From: Prevotellaceae bacterium
GTDB lineage: Bacteria; Bacteroidota; Bacteroidia; Bacteroidales; UBA932
Direction of reading: 5' to 3'
Assembly (NCBI GenBank): GCA_031266015.1
Contig: JAISBU010000027.1
Coordinates: 20,874-84,873, forward strand
Length of the DNA: 64,000 bases
Part shown: piece after piece, positions 30,169 through 40,668 of the stretch
How positions within the stretch are numbered: position 1 is the stretch's first letter
Layout: each line of letters begins with the position of its first letter
The notes under the pieces: generated by a model
The model's input: the letters and a program-made list of their open reading frames with translations, nothing else
Databases searched by the model: none
What the model was told of the DNA's origin: nothing
Made by a program: the position numbers and the translations under genes

Positions 30169-32169
30169 TTAGTTTTCCGATATTACTTTAAACTCAGTTC
30201 TTCGATTTAGCTGGTCTACTATTTCCTCTTCAGACTTGGACTGCACGTAACGTTTCATAAACGTGTCATTCAGGATATCGCCCACACGTAAGAATTTGTA
30301 CTGTGCGGCAATGCTTGGCGTTACCACACGAGGATCGGATTCTCCTTTACCCACAGCCTGCAGCCTGCTGCCGCCGATACCATGTGCTACCAGGTAATCC
30401 ACCACTGATTGCGCACGTCTTTGCGAAACCCTCATGTTTACGATAGAGTCGCCACGGCTGTCGGAGTGCGACATAACCTCAATGCTGATGCCGGGGTTGT
30501 CGTTCATGATCTCTACCAGCTGGTTGAGTGACTCCTCTGATTCCGGCCTCAAATTCCACTTACCGAAGTCGTATAAAATGTTCTCCAATTCAATAGCCTT
30601 GGCCATAGAGCGCATTATAAACTCATCCCGCAACGTGGCCAAACCCTCAAGTCCTTTGGTGCTGAACCTTGATTTTTGGTTGAAGTATTCTTTCTTGGTT
30701 ACAATAACCAGGTAATCTGTTTCGGGTGATAGCGTAATGTTGATGATGCCGTCAGCCCCTGTGCGCTGTCTTTGCGACTCTCCCGTACTGCTGGAAATAA
30801 TATTTACGTTGGCCTCATTTATTGGACTGAGGTCATCAAAATTCTTAACCGCACCAATGAACATGTAGCGTGACTCGGGGAGTACAAAGCGGTAAATATC
30901 GTCGCCACCACGTCCGCCACGACGACGTGATGAGAAATATCCTGCCTCACGTTCGCGTTCGAAAATTATAGAAAAATCGTCGGCGTTGGAGTTGATGGGT
31001 ATTCCCATGTTATCTACATGCCAACCGCCTATGTCACGTTTTGTTGCTTTAAAAAGGTCTAGTCCGCCAAAACCCTTGTGACCGTCAGAAGAAAAATATA
31101 GCGCACCGTTGTTACGTATGTAGGGGTACATTTCATTTCCCTCGGTGTTAATATTTGGACCAAGGTTTACGGGTTCTCCCCAGCCATCGCCATCACTTAC
31201 CCGGCTTGCCATCCAGATATCTGTACCGCCGTAACCTCCCGGCATATCGGAGGTAAAATATAATTCTACTCCATCTTCGGAAAGCGAAGGATGGGCAAGG
31301 TTTACGGTGCTATCGCCAATAGTTGCGGATTCTACCTCCACCCATTTTTCCGAGTCCGCATCGTAGTTGGAGGTCATAAGCGCACAACCAATCTTGCCTT
31401 TGGTAAGGCACTGCGTAAAGTACATGGTGCGGTAGTTGCGGGTAAGTGCGCAAGTACCTTCGTCATTTTTTGTGTTGATTTCGCCCTGTATGGGTACGGG
31501 CTTTTGCCACTTGCCGGTACGCAGCTGCGTTGCCGAAAAAATATCAGTAGATTTATCGCCGGTAATAATACTGGTCTTTTTGCCAAAGGCCGCTTCTCGT
31601 GAAGAGGTAAAAAACAGGATAGAGTAGTCGTCTTCGGCAAACGCAGGAGCGAAATCATCCTTGTTGCTGTTAAGTTCAGCCATGTTCTCCACCAGGTAGC
31701 GAGTGCGTTTTAGCGTGGCGGTATCGCTCAGCGCCTTGCAAAACTCCATGTCGCTTTTTACCATGCTGTCTTGCGGAACAAGGGCCAAATATTTTTCGTA
31801 GCTCGTAATGGCTTTTTCGTAATTCTCGTTGGTCTGCTGAGACATGGCCAGCCCCAAATAAACGGCCGGGTTGGTGTTGCTGCGCGTGGTAACACGCTCA
31901 TAGTAACCCTCGGCTTGCCTTGCGTTACCTGTTAACCTGTGGGCCTCAGCCAGGTTGAAAAGTATGGGCGGCTGTTGTTCTCGTGGTACTTTGGGGAGCA
32001 CCTTCCTGTACCTGTCAGATGCTTTGGCGTAGGCTCCCTCGTTGAAAAACTTATTGGCACGCTTGATTTTAAATGAGGTGGAGCATGATGACATTGTTGC
32101 CGCTAAAATTAGCAGCATGAAGGGTGTAAAACGTTTGCCGTAGCTGTATTTAGCCTTTAAAAAGCGCAT
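30169..32169 (-). CDS. PorE-like T9SS-associated protein (TPR + beta-propeller + CRD-like + OmpA_C-like)
   Basis: 666 aa; signal/lipobox ..ATMSSCS; PD40-like repeats (..GGYGGTDIW.., ..GFGGLDLF..); OmpA motif ..SHSDSRGDSIVNMRVSQRRAQSV.. Confidence 0.86.
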   Translation of the reverse strand: MRFLKAKYSYGKRFTPFMLLILAATMSSCSTSFKIKRANKFFNEGAYAKASDRYRKVLPKVPREQQPPILFNLAEAHRLTGNARQAEGYYERVTTRSNTNPAVYLGLAMSQQTNENYEKAITSYEKYLALVPQDSMVKSDMEFCKALSDTATLKRTRYLVENMAELNSNKDDFAPAFAEDDYSILFFTSSREAAFGKKTSIITGDKSTDIFSATQLRTGKWQKPVPIQGEINTKNDEGTCALTRNYRTMYFTQCLTKGKIGCALMTSNYDADSEKWVEVESATIGDSTVNLAHPSLSEDGVELYFTSDMPGGYGGTDIWMASRVSDGDGWGEPVNLGPNINTEGNEMYPYIRNNGALYFSSDGHKGFGGLDLFKATKRDIGGWHVDNMGIPINSNADDFSIIFEREREAGYFSSRRRGGRGGDDIYRFVLPESRYMFIGAVKNFDDLSPINEANVNIISSSTGESQRQRTGADGIINITLSPETDYLVIVTKKEYFNQKSRFSTKGLEGLATLRDEFIMRSMAKAIELENILYDFGKWNLRPESEESLNQLVEIMNDNPGISIEVMSHSDSRGDSIVNMRVSQRRAQSVVDYLVAHGIGGSRLQAVGKGESDPRVVTPSIAAQYKFLRVGDILNDTFMKRYVQSKSEEEIVDQLNRRTEFKVISEN

Positions 32170-32327
32170 CTTACAAAGGTAATCACAAAAATGAGGAGTG
32201 GCAAAAAAAAATATACAGCTGGTTCACCGTACGGAATTTGCCTCTTGTTGATCTAATAAAAAAACGAAATACAAACCTTGAGTTTTCATTTGTATGTTTT
32301 TGATTTTCAAAGACATATGCGCCGACG

Positions 32328-33677
32328 CTATTTTGGTTTGCCAAACTTGCTGTTTATCCAGCTGGGCACAACAAACACGCCGATTATGAGGTAGAGGTAG
32401 TAGCTGATGAGCCTCCAAAGCAGGGCAATAACCAGCACCAATCCGGTTACAGGTATAAACTCTCCCAAAAACTCCTTGAACACGTACTCGGCAAAGCCGC
32501 TGCCGCCGGGGGTGGGACTTACCAGCATCATAATCCACATAACCAGCTGACGGGTAAAAATAAGGAAGTGGTCGTGCACCGTAAAAAATGCCATAAACAG
32601 CATGTTTACTACCCAGTAGCGGGATGTCCACGATACAAAGGTGGCGCCAAAAGCCTTGAGCCAAAACCTAAAGGGCTTGTGCTTTAGCTCCACCGAGCTG
32701 ATAACAATATCATCGCCTGCTTTTTCCGCTCCTTTTTTCCAACGACGGAGAAAGGGCAAGCTGAAAATTTTTACCAAAATCCACTTCAGCCCTTTTGCAT
32801 TGAAAAACATGCCATATCCTAATCCCAGCACCCACGCCAGCTTGATAAAATACCCCGTAAGCGTAACGGCCATTAATCCTGTGGCGACAGAGGAGTCTAT
32901 GTCGAACAATTCAGCTGACGAAATTATGAGCAGCAGCAAAGGAAACATGATAACGAAGTAAACTTCGTCCAGCAAAGAAGTTGCCATAACTATGGCTGAG
33001 CTGCGACCAATGGGAATACCTTCTTTGTTCACGTAAAGTACCGCCACGCTGGTTCCGCCAATAGCCGACGGGGTAATGGCAGACGTAAATTCCCACAGCA
33101 TAATTATACGGAAAGATTGCATCCAGCCAAGCGCCTTTTCCGACAGCAGACGTATGCGCACCATGTATCCGAAATCACGTCCTAGCATGCAGAGTAGCGC
33201 CAGAAAAATGAACACGGGCAATCGCCAGGTAAATTTAATTTCTCTGAGCACGTCAACCACGCCGTATGCTCGCAGACGATGCTTTTCTACGGTCAGCACA
33301 TCGCCACCGCTGATTTCAATATCGTTAACTGTTTGACAAATCAGCAGGCAGTCGGATTTTGAAAAAACAACAAAAGCGCTGTCGCTGTTGCTGTAGAGCA
33401 CATCTCCAATGTGAGTTTTTTTAACCAGCTGCGGTACGTTGGTAGATAGCATTTTCTGGTCGGAGTATGCCAGATGATTACTCTCTACCAGCACGGTATC
33501 ACCTGCTTTGAGCTCTATAGCGCTGTGATCCGCCGGAGGGCGAAAGGAGGGTTGGGGGTACAGCTCTCCCCAAAAGAGGTACACCACCACGCCAATGCCT
33601 ATGATGATGGGAAAAATAATTTTGTATCCCTTTATGCCCGAGAAGGCGTTTTTTGCAGGGGTTTTGCTTTGTTTCAT
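32328..33677 (-). CDS. flippase-like (lysylphosphatidylglycerol-synthase TM region family) membrane protein with a ~110-aa insert after TM1
   Basis: 449 aa polytopic protein; ..PTPGGSGFAEY.. motif typical of the family. Confidence 0.82.
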   Translation of the reverse strand: MKQSKTPAKNAFSGIKGYKIIFPIIIGIGVVVYLFWGELYPQPSFRPPADHSAIELKAGDTVLVESNHLAYSDQKMLSTNVPQLVKKTHIGDVLYSNSDSAFVVFSKSDCLLICQTVNDIEISGGDVLTVEKHRLRAYGVVDVLREIKFTWRLPVFIFLALLCMLGRDFGYMVRIRLLSEKALGWMQSFRIIMLWEFTSAITPSAIGGTSVAVLYVNKEGIPIGRSSAIVMATSLLDEVYFVIMFPLLLLIISSAELFDIDSSVATGLMAVTLTGYFIKLAWVLGLGYGMFFNAKGLKWILVKIFSLPFLRRWKKGAEKAGDDIVISSVELKHKPFRFWLKAFGATFVSWTSRYWVVNMLFMAFFTVHDHFLIFTRQLVMWIMMLVSPTPGGSGFAEYVFKEFLGEFIPVTGLVLVIALLWRLISYYLYLIIGVFVVPSWINSKFGKPK

Positions 33678-33816
33678 ACAGCAAATTTAGCAAAAAAGCC
33701 GGATGTGCCTACAAAGTTGAAGCTCGGAGGTGAACTTTTGTTGGTCAATAACTATCTGATTTATAGATAGATATGAATTTTGTGTTTCAAAGTTTTGTTT
33801 GTTTCCCAAAACTCTC

Positions 33817-33824
33817 TATCTTTG
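33817..33824 (+). promoter_or_regulatory. -7 box TATCTTTG for tRNA-Phe
   Basis: 17 nt upstream of the tRNA 5' end. Confidence 0.55.
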
Positions 33825-33840
33825 CAACCCTATTCGTAAT

Positions 33841-33913
33841 GGTGACATAGCTCAGTCGGTAGAGCAAAGGACTGAAAATCCTTGTGTCCCTGGTTCGATT
33901 CCAGGTGTCACCA
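33841..33913 (+). tRNA. tRNA-Phe (anticodon GAA)
   Basis: cloverleaf folded by hand: acceptor GGTGACA/TGTCACC, anticodon loop CTGAAAA, T-loop TTCGATT; CCA not encoded. Confidence 0.95.
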
Positions 33914-33920
33914 CAAAGAA

Positions 33921-33948
33921 GCGGCAGCTAATCAGCTGCTGTTTTTTG
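33921..33948 (+). terminator. intrinsic terminator after tRNA-Phe
   Basis: gcagct aatc agctgc followed by TTTTTT. Confidence 0.75.
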
Positions 33949-34106
33949 TTTAGTAGAGCGTATGTTATTTTTGGGTCCACGATAATTTAAGGGGTTTGAT
34001 ATTTTTCTAAAGCTGCCTTGAACCAAAATCAAATTCGTGAATTGATGTATTTTCTTCGTTCATTATATCTATGTATATGGCATACAGTGATGAAAGCATA
34101 ACACAT

Positions 34107-34146
34107 AGCAACGCACCCGCACCGGTAAATCGTCAATAGTAAATCA
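34107..34146. repeat. tail-type repeat module
   Basis: agcaacgcacccgcaccggtaaatcgtcaatagtaaatcat. Confidence 0.6.
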
Positions 34147-35001
34147 TAAAATGGCTTCCAGCCACTTTTTCAGCAGCTCCTTCCACTCCTTGCCGTACTC
34201 AAACTCCTCCTTCATTCCCCAACCATGACCTCCGCTGGGGAAAATATACATGGCCGCAGGAACATTATTTTTCTTTAGCGCAGCGTAAAAATCTACGCTG
34301 TTGCGAACGGGAACAGCCTTATCGTCATCGCTATGGAAAAGCAGGGTGGGGGGAGTTTGTGGAGTTACCTGCAGCTCATTGCTGTACTCTTTTGCCAAAG
34401 ATTCCGGTGCGTTTTTTCCGATAAGGTAATAGCGTGAACTTACGTGCGCAAAGGTTGTATCCGTTGTAATTACCGGATAGAAAAGCAAAGCAAAATCCGG
34501 CCGAGTAGCGCTATCGGTGAAATGCGTGGCAGCGGTTGAGGCCAAATGTCCTCCGGCAGAAAATCCGGCTATGCCGACGTTGTTTGGGTCAATATTCCAT
34601 TTTCCGGCATTTTGGCGAACAATACGTAGTGTTTGCTGCGCGTCACTTAGCGGAACCTCATGGCACTCATTGGGCATGCGGTACTTGAGCACAATGCCCG
34701 CGATACCTTGCTGGTTGAGCCACTTGGCAAACTCATGCCCCTCGTGCTCCACAGCCAACCTGACGTAACCTCCTCCGGGACAAATAATTACTGCTGAAGT
34801 CGGCGTTGTGCTTTTCGGCAGGTAAACAAAAATTTGAGCCTCTGAGACATTTGCAATACGGCTGTTTTCCATTTGCTCCTCGGGCGTGGTTATGCCATTG
34901 CTGCTGGGTGCGCCGTTAGGCCAAACCGGCAACGAAAGGGTTTGCTGTGAAAACGCCGGAAAAGAAATAAGCATGATGGTCGTCAGTAAAATGTTACGCA
35001 T
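34144..35001 (-). CDS. secreted alpha/beta hydrolase (esterase/lipase-like)
   Basis: 285 aa; signal peptide; oxyanion PGGGY; nucleophile elbow GFSAGGH; C-terminal His in GGHGW. Confidence 0.86.
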   Translation of the reverse strand: MRNILLTTIMLISFPAFSQQTLSLPVWPNGAPSSNGITTPEEQMENSRIANVSEAQIFVYLPKSTTPTSAVIICPGGGYVRLAVEHEGHEFAKWLNQQGIAGIVLKYRMPNECHEVPLSDAQQTLRIVRQNAGKWNIDPNNVGIAGFSAGGHLASTAATHFTDSATRPDFALLFYPVITTDTTFAHVSSRYYLIGKNAPESLAKEYSNELQVTPQTPPTLLFHSDDDKAVPVRNSVDFYAALKKNNVPAAMYIFPSGGHGWGMKEEFEYGKEWKELLKKWLEAIL

Positions 35002-35050
35002 GGTGTAAAGTAGGATTAGTCAGCTCAAGGGTATGATTTTTTACATGAGT

Positions 35051-35079
35051 AAAACGGCTGTAAATGTTACAGCCGTTTT
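35051..35079 (-). terminator. hairpin downstream of efp
   Basis: aaaacggctgta aatgt tacagccgtttt. Confidence 0.65.
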
Positions 35080-35098
35080 ATCATTGATACGCTACTAG

Positions 35099-35668
35099 CT
35101 ATTTAACACGCTCTAAGTAGGCGCGCTCATGCGGATCAACCTTAATCATTTCGCCCTCGTTTACGAAGTTTGGAATCATGATTTCGGCGCCGGTTTCAAG
35201 CGTGCAGCGCTTCATTACGGTCGAAGAAGCGGTATCGCCACGTGCACCAAGCTCCGCAGAAACTACCTTAAGCTCAATAGAGGCAGGAAGTTCACAGGTC
35301 AATACACGATCCTCGTCATCCGTGTTTATCATCATTTCCACATACTGACCCTCTTTCATAAATTCGGGACTGTCAACCAGCTCCCGCTGCAAGTCAATTT
35401 GCTCATAAGTTTCGTTGTGCATAAAGTGGTAGCCGCTTTCATCCTTGTACAAGAACTGGTAGGGTCTGCGCTCAATGCGAATAACGTCAATTTTTTCACC
35501 GGCGGTAAACGTATTTTCCAGTATACGGCCATTTTCCAGGTTACGCAGCTTGGTTTTTACAAACGCGCCGCCCTTGCCTGGCTTCACGTGCTGAAACCAA
35601 ACAATGGAGCAGGGTTTACCGTTGTGGTTGATGCACAAACCGTTGCGAAAATCTGCTGTTGTTGCCAT
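35099..35668 (-). CDS. efp: elongation factor P
   Basis: 189 aa; conserved ..VKPGKGGAFV.. loop. Confidence 0.96.
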   Translation of the reverse strand: MATTADFRNGLCINHNGKPCSIVWFQHVKPGKGGAFVKTKLRNLENGRILENTFTAGEKIDVIRIERRPYQFLYKDESGYHFMHNETYEQIDLQRELVDSPEFMKEGQYVEMMINTDDEDRVLTCELPASIELKVVSAELGARGDTASSTVMKRCTLETGAEIMIPNFVNEGEMIKVDPHERAYLERVK

Positions 35669-35691
35669 GCTATTTGTTTTTATGTAAAGGA

Positions 35692-35699
35692 CAAAGGTA
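35692..35699 (-). promoter_or_regulatory. -7 box TACCTTTG (minus strand) upstream of efp
   Basis: CAAAGGTA on the plus strand, 23 nt upstream of the ATG at 35668. Confidence 0.5.
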
Positions 35700-35977
35700 A
35701 AAAAAGACGGGGGAAAAATCTATTTTAACGCTGCTTTTTTACAGTGATAGCTTACAGCAGCCTCAGCTTTGATGCGCCACTTGCATGTCTTGAATTATTA
35801 GCAGGATTGGGGAAAGAGAGCGATAAATACAAAGGCGGCTTTAAAGAAAAAGCGCCATGCTTGGAATGGATTATACCTAAGTTTTGATTTACGATAAGAA
35901 ATGACCGCCTTTTGGGCAGTTGTTTTTTGTACCCACTTCTGTATTTTAACAAAAAAAAGGTCTTGAAATTAGTCACA

Positions 35978-36021
35978 AGTATTAAAAAAAATCCTACTTT
36001 CGTAGGATTTTTTTTAATACT
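35978..36021. terminator. perfect 20-bp-stem hairpin with A8/T8 arms (bidirectional terminator shape)
   Basis: agtattaaaaaaaatcctac tttc gtaggattttttttaatact, verified base by base. Confidence 0.7.
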
Positions 36022-36041
36022 TACTTAATTTCTATTATTTT

Positions 36042-36314
36042 ATGAAAAAGAGAGCCATTTTGGCGCTGCTGTTCGCAATAGCAGTGGTAACAGTTATGTC
36101 CTGCAGCAAAAAAGAGGACAGCGACTTTGACAAGGGCAAAAAAGACGGTAAGGCCGCATGCGACTGCCTGCTAAAACTATCGGCAACAGCAACAGAAGAG
36201 GAAAGTTTGGCCTGTATGACGAAGCTTGACCTCAACAAGCTTATAGAAGGTGAGGACAGTGAGTACGCAAAGGGCGTAGAAGAGGGAGGCAAGGCTTGTG
36301 GTGAACTGGAGTAA
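36042..36314 (+). CDS. small lipoprotein, hypothetical
   Basis: 90 aa; lipobox VMSC; followed by terminator hairpins. Confidence 0.6.
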   Translation: MKKRAILALLFAIAVVTVMSCSKKEDSDFDKGKKDGKAACDCLLKLSATATEEESLACMTKLDLNKLIEGEDSEYAKGVEEGGKACGELE

Positions 36315-36336
36315 ACCAAAAGGTTTACATAGAAGA

Positions 36337-36362
36337 AAGGCTGCCCGAGTGAGCAGCCTTTT
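36337..36362 (+). terminator. intrinsic terminator after the small lipoprotein gene
   Basis: aaggctgc ccgagtga gcagcctt then TT..TTTT. Confidence 0.65.
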
Positions 36363-36447
36363 CTGTTTTATGCCACAAGGGAAAAGATGTAGAAGACTAC
36401 CGAATTAACAAAAATGCAAATAAAATTTAGATTCTCTCTTTTTTCCC

Positions 36448-36455
36448 TAAATTTG
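36448..36455 (+). promoter_or_regulatory. -7 box TAAATTTG upstream of aspS
   Basis: 24 nt upstream of the ATG at 36479. Confidence 0.5.
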
Positions 36456-36478
36456 TACCTTCTAAACTATAACAAAAA

Positions 36479-38242
36479 ATGTACAGAACACACACTTGTG
36501 GCGAGCTGCGTGCGGCTCATGTAGGACAAACCGTAACGCTGGCCGGATGGGTGCAGCGTGTGCGCAAGTTGGGCGGTATGACCTTTGTAGACCTGCGAGA
36601 CCGTTACGGTATAACGCAGCTGGCGGTTGATGATAAAACCTCAGCGGAGATACGCTCCGTAGTTGAAAAGTTGGGCCGTGAATTTGTAGTTCGGGCGCAA
36701 GGCAAGGTGGTAGAACGTGCCAGCAAAAACATAAAAATTCCTACAGGAGATGTTGAAATAAATTTGACCTCACTCAACGTGCTGAACGCATCCGACACAC
36801 CTCCCTTTACCATTGAGGATGAGAGCGATGGTGGTGAGGAGTTGCGTGCAAAGTATCGCTATCTGGACTTGCGCCGTAACCCCGTAAAAAATGCGCTGAT
36901 ACTACGCCATCGTGTAGCACAGGAGGCTCGTAAATACTTGGATGCACAAGATTTTTTGGAAATCGAAACGCCATTTTTGATTAAATCAACGCCGGAGGGT
37001 GCACGTGACTTTGTGGTGCCATCACGAGTTCATCATGGCGAGTTCTACGCGTTGCCGCAGAGTCCGCAAACCTTTAAGCAGCTGCTTATGGTGGCGGGTT
37101 ATGATCGCTACTTCCAAATTGTGCGCTGTTTCCGTGACGAAGACTTGCGTGCAGATCGCCAGCCTGAGTTTACGCAAATAGACTGCGAAATGGCCTTTGT
37201 TGAACGTCAAGACATCTTGGATACTTTTGGAGGCCTGATGAAGCACCTTTTCAAAATCATCTTGGATGTTACTTTTAACGACGTCCCGTGCATGACCTAC
37301 GCCGATGCTATACGCGACTACGGTTGCGATAAGCCCGACCTGCGTTTTGATATGAAGATAAAAGAATTAACCAAGCAGGTTCAGGGCAAGAATTTTGCAG
37401 TATTCGATAGCGCCGCATATGTTGGTGGTACTTGCGCAGAAGGTTGCGCCGACTACACTCGTAAGCAGCTGGACGAGTTGACCGAATGGGTTAAGCGTCC
37501 GCAAATTGGCGCCAAAGGGCTGGTTTATATCCGCTGGGGAGCCGATGGCATAAAATCCAGCATTGATAAGTTTTATACGCCGGAGGAGCTGCAAAAAATT
37601 GCTGGGGAGTTCGGGGCAAAGCAAGGCGATTTGATTTTAATTTTAGCCGGCGCAAAAAAAATTACGCTTAGCGGACTTTGCGAGCTGCGCTTGGAAATGG
37701 GGAATAGACTAGGTTTGCGTAAGCGAGGAAAATTCGCACCCTTGTGGGTTATCGACTTTCCGCTGCTGGAGTGGGATGATGAAACTCAACGTTTTTATGC
37801 TATGCACCACCCGTTTACTTCTCCGCAACCAGAAGATATACCAATGTTCATGGACGGTGGAAAAGAAGAGCTGGAACAAGTTCGCGCCAACGCCTACGAC
37901 TTTGTAGTGAATGGAGTGGAGCTTGGCGGAGGTTCTATTCGTATTTTCGACTCCAAAATTCAGCAGCAAATGTTTAAGGTGCTGGGATTTACACCGGAAG
38001 AAGCAAGCTACAGATTTGGCTTCTTGACCAACGCATTTAAGTTTGGCGCTCCACCTCATGGTGGTATTGCTTTTGGTTTTGACCGCCTGTGCGCCATGTT
38101 TGGCGGAAGCGACAGCATTCGGGATTACATTGCATTTCCAAAAAACAACGCCGCCTGCGACGTAATGATCGATGCACCCTCACGCATTGACGACTTGCAG
38201 CTGAAGGAGTTGGCGATAGAGGTAGCGACAGAAAAGGAGTAG
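36479..38242 (+). CDS. aspS: aspartate--tRNA ligase
   Basis: 587 aa; [11 protein letters not shown].. N-terminus; class II motifs (..[16 protein letters not shown].., ..GGGSIRI..). Confidence 0.97.
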   Translation: MYRTHTCGELRAAHVGQTVTLAGWVQRVRKLGGMTFVDLRDRYGITQLAVDDKTSAEIRSVVEKLGREFVVRAQGKVVERASKNIKIPTGDVEINLTSLNVLNASDTPPFTIEDESDGGEELRAKYRYLDLRRNPVKNALILRHRVAQEARKYLDAQDFLEIETPFLIKSTPEGARDFVVPSRVHHGEFYALPQSPQTFKQLLMVAGYDRYFQIVRCFRDEDLRADRQPEFTQIDCEMAFVERQDILDTFGGLMKHLFKIILDVTFNDVPCMTYADAIRDYGCDKPDLRFDMKIKELTKQVQGKNFAVFDSAAYVGGTCAEGCADYTRKQLDELTEWVKRPQIGAKGLVYIRWGADGIKSSIDKFYTPEELQKIAGEFGAKQGDLILILAGAKKITLSGLCELRLEMGNRLGLRKRGKFAPLWVIDFPLLEWDDETQRFYAMHHPFTSPQPEDIPMFMDGGKEELEQVRANAYDFVVNGVELGGGSIRIFDSKIQQQMFKVLGFTPEEASYRFGFLTNAFKFGAPPHGGIAFGFDRLCAMFGGSDSIRDYIAFPKNNAACDVMIDAPSRIDDLQLKELAIEVATEKE

Positions 38243-38316
38243 ATAAACCTGTTTCGCACGATAAAAGAGTAAAGAGATAGTTCATAAAAACCTATTGCTA
38301 CTTAGTTTTTGACAGA

Positions 38317-38346
38317 TTAAGGCTTTGCATAAATGCGAAGCCTTAA
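38317..38346 (+). terminator. hairpin after aspS (no clear T tract)
   Basis: ttaaggctttgcat aa atgcgaagccttaa. Confidence 0.4.
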
Positions 38347-38460
38347 TGTATATGCACCTGGCAAAAGGCTGAAACCCTTTAGTTTTGTTGAGCAAAATTA
38401 TATTAGCATTATCAACGAGTTCTTGCTCACAAAAGCACGCTCATTTTTATGAAAAATTGC

Positions 38461-38468
38461 TACATTTG
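38461..38468 (+). promoter_or_regulatory. -7 box TACATTTG
   Basis: 30 nt upstream of the TTG at 38498. Confidence 0.45.
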
Positions 38469-38497
38469 TAGCGCAAGAATCAACCTTAGTTTTCATT

Positions 38498-40069
38498 TTG
38501 TACTCAACCACCAAAATAAAATCAGATCCGGTCTTGGAGCTTATCAGATCCATGACCAAAGCGGAAAAGCGTTCGTTTAGAATTTTTGCAACCCGTATGG
38601 AGGATAGTAAAAGTGCTAAATTTCTTACGCTTTTCGACACTATGGATGAGGCTGAACATTTTGACGAATCCAAGCTGCTGAAGAAAAGCGGCATACCAAA
38701 ATCTCAGCTGGCCAACGTGAAAAGCTACCTTTACTACCGGCTGCTCACCAGCCTGCGCCAAAGTTCCATTGACAGCTACGATGACGTGCGAATTCACGAA
38801 CAGGCTGACTTTGCCCGCATTTTGTACTCCAAAGGAATGTATAAGCAGAGCCTTAAAATATTGGATAAGGCAAAGCAGCAGGCCATGCGAGCAAAGCAGT
38901 TTACCATAGCGTTGGAAATTGTTGAGTTTGAGAAACAAATTGAATCACAGTTCATTACACGCAGTTCGTCCTCTCGTGCCGATGAGCTTACGGAGCAGGC
39001 ACAGGATATTACCACCACCATTCTTAAGGCCAACGAGTTTTCGAATCTTTCCATTCAGCTATACGCGCTATACCTTAAGCGTGGTCATGTTCGCAACCGG
39101 AACGACATCAACTTTGTGGAGGATTACTACGCAAAAAATCGTCCGAAGTTTATTCCCGGAAAACAGGGTGTATTCGAGCAGCTGTATATGAACCTTTCCA
39201 GCTACTGGTACAGCTACATTTTGCAGGATTTCTTATCGTGTTACCGCAGTACGCAGCGTAATTTGGATTTGTTTAACGACAATCCGGTTATAAAGCAGAA
39301 TTTGCCCAGCTTCTACTTCAAATCGTACAACTACTTACTGGAGAGCCTTTTCTATCTTCGTCATTATCAAAAGTTTAAGGAGGTGTTGGAGCAGCTGTGT
39401 TCGGAGACAATGAGCCAGATCAACATTCAGAATCAGAATGCTGAAATTTTGGCTAACAGCTACTACTTTGCCAACAAAATAAACTTGCATTTCCTGGAAG
39501 GTACATTTACGCACGGCTTAGATGTTGTGCCGGATTTGGAGGCTTTTCTGAATAAGAATCTGCACAAAATAGACCAACACCACGTGCTGGTGTTCTACTA
39601 CAAAATAGCCTGTCTGTACTTCGGCAGCGGCGATTTTAAGAGGTGCAACATTTACCTCAACAAAGTTATTGACACTCGCGATGAGGATGTTCGCTCTGAT
39701 TTACAATGCTTTGCCCGCATATTGAGGCTTATTTCTACCTACGAAAACGGGGACGATTTTATGATGGAGTACCAGATAAAATCAACCTACCGCTTTCTGG
39801 TAAAAATGAATGACCTCAACGTCGTGCAAAAAGAAATGCTCGGATTCCTTCGTCAGCTCGATACCTTTTACCGGAGCGACATTGCCGACAGGTTGAAACG
39901 CCTGTACGAGAAGTTGTTGCTGTACGAAACCCATCCGTACGAAAAGCGTCCGTTCTTGTATCTTGACATTATTTCCTGGCTGGAAAGCAAGATTAACAAC
40001 ATACCCGTGCAGGAGGTCATTCGTGGCAAGTTTACTAAAATTTTCCACCAAAAAACGCCCGGCATCTAG
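38498..40069 (+). CDS. conserved-looking hypothetical protein, all-helical/TPR-like, function unknown
   Basis: 523-aa ORF (TTG start; alternative ATG at 38552); stop overlaps the rnhA start. Confidence 0.78.
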   Translation: MYSTTKIKSDPVLELIRSMTKAEKRSFRIFATRMEDSKSAKFLTLFDTMDEAEHFDESKLLKKSGIPKSQLANVKSYLYYRLLTSLRQSSIDSYDDVRIHEQADFARILYSKGMYKQSLKILDKAKQQAMRAKQFTIALEIVEFEKQIESQFITRSSSSRADELTEQAQDITTTILKANEFSNLSIQLYALYLKRGHVRNRNDINFVEDYYAKNRPKFIPGKQGVFEQLYMNLSSYWYSYILQDFLSCYRSTQRNLDLFNDNPVIKQNLPSFYFKSYNYLLESLFYLRHYQKFKEVLEQLCSETMSQINIQNQNAEILANSYYFANKINLHFLEGTFTHGLDVVPDLEAFLNKNLHKIDQHHVLVFYYKIACLYFGSGDFKRCNIYLNKVIDTRDEDVRSDLQCFARILRLISTYENGDDFMMEYQIKSTYRFLVKMNDLNVVQKEMLGFLRQLDTFYRSDIADRLKRLYEKLLLYETHPYEKRPFLYLDIISWLESKINNIPVQEVIRGKFTKIFHQKTPGI

Positions 40070-40521
40070 TGGCAAACGTTACCATATATACCGATGGGGC
40101 TGCTCGCGGAAACCCCGGTCCCGGTGGATTTGGCGTGGTGCTGCTATCGGGCTCGCATCGTAAAGAAATTTCGGAAGGATTTGCGCATACCACCAACAAC
40201 CGCATGGAGCTGCTGTCGGTAATTGTTGGGTTAGAGGCGCTTAAAACAGCCTGTAACGTAACCGTAGTTTCCGATTCCAAGTACGTGGTTGACGCTGTGG
40301 AGAAAGGTTGGGTTTTCGGTTGGGAAAAAGTGCGGTTCAAGAAGAAAAAGAATCCTGATTTGTGGATGCGCTTTTTGAAAATTTACCGCAAGCATAACGT
40401 TAAGTTTACATGGGTGAAGGGACACAACGGAACTCCCGAAAATGAGCGTTGCGACCAGCTGGCGGTGGCTGCCAGCATGAGGCCCAACTTGCCGGAAGAT
40501 GAAGGATATATACATGATTAA
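40069..40521 (+). CDS. rnhA: ribonuclease HI
   Basis: 150 aa, GTG start; ..[15 protein letters not shown].., ..TNNRMEL.., ..DSKYV.. catalytic motifs. Confidence 0.92.
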   Translation: MANVTIYTDGAARGNPGPGGFGVVLLSGSHRKEISEGFAHTTNNRMELLSVIVGLEALKTACNVTVVSDSKYVVDAVEKGWVFGWEKVRFKKKKNPDLWMRFLKIYRKHNVKFTWVKGHNGTPENERCDQLAVAASMRPNLPEDEGYIHD

Positions 40522-40668
40522 GAGAAAGTTATTGGTAGGCAGTTGCAGTTAGCACTAACCACTGTTATTGTGAGAACGAAGTTATCTCGCGATATTAAAT
40601 ACTAGAGCTATGAAAGTTCGGTGCACCTATCTCGCAAGGATTTAAACCCATAAAAATTGTAACTCATT

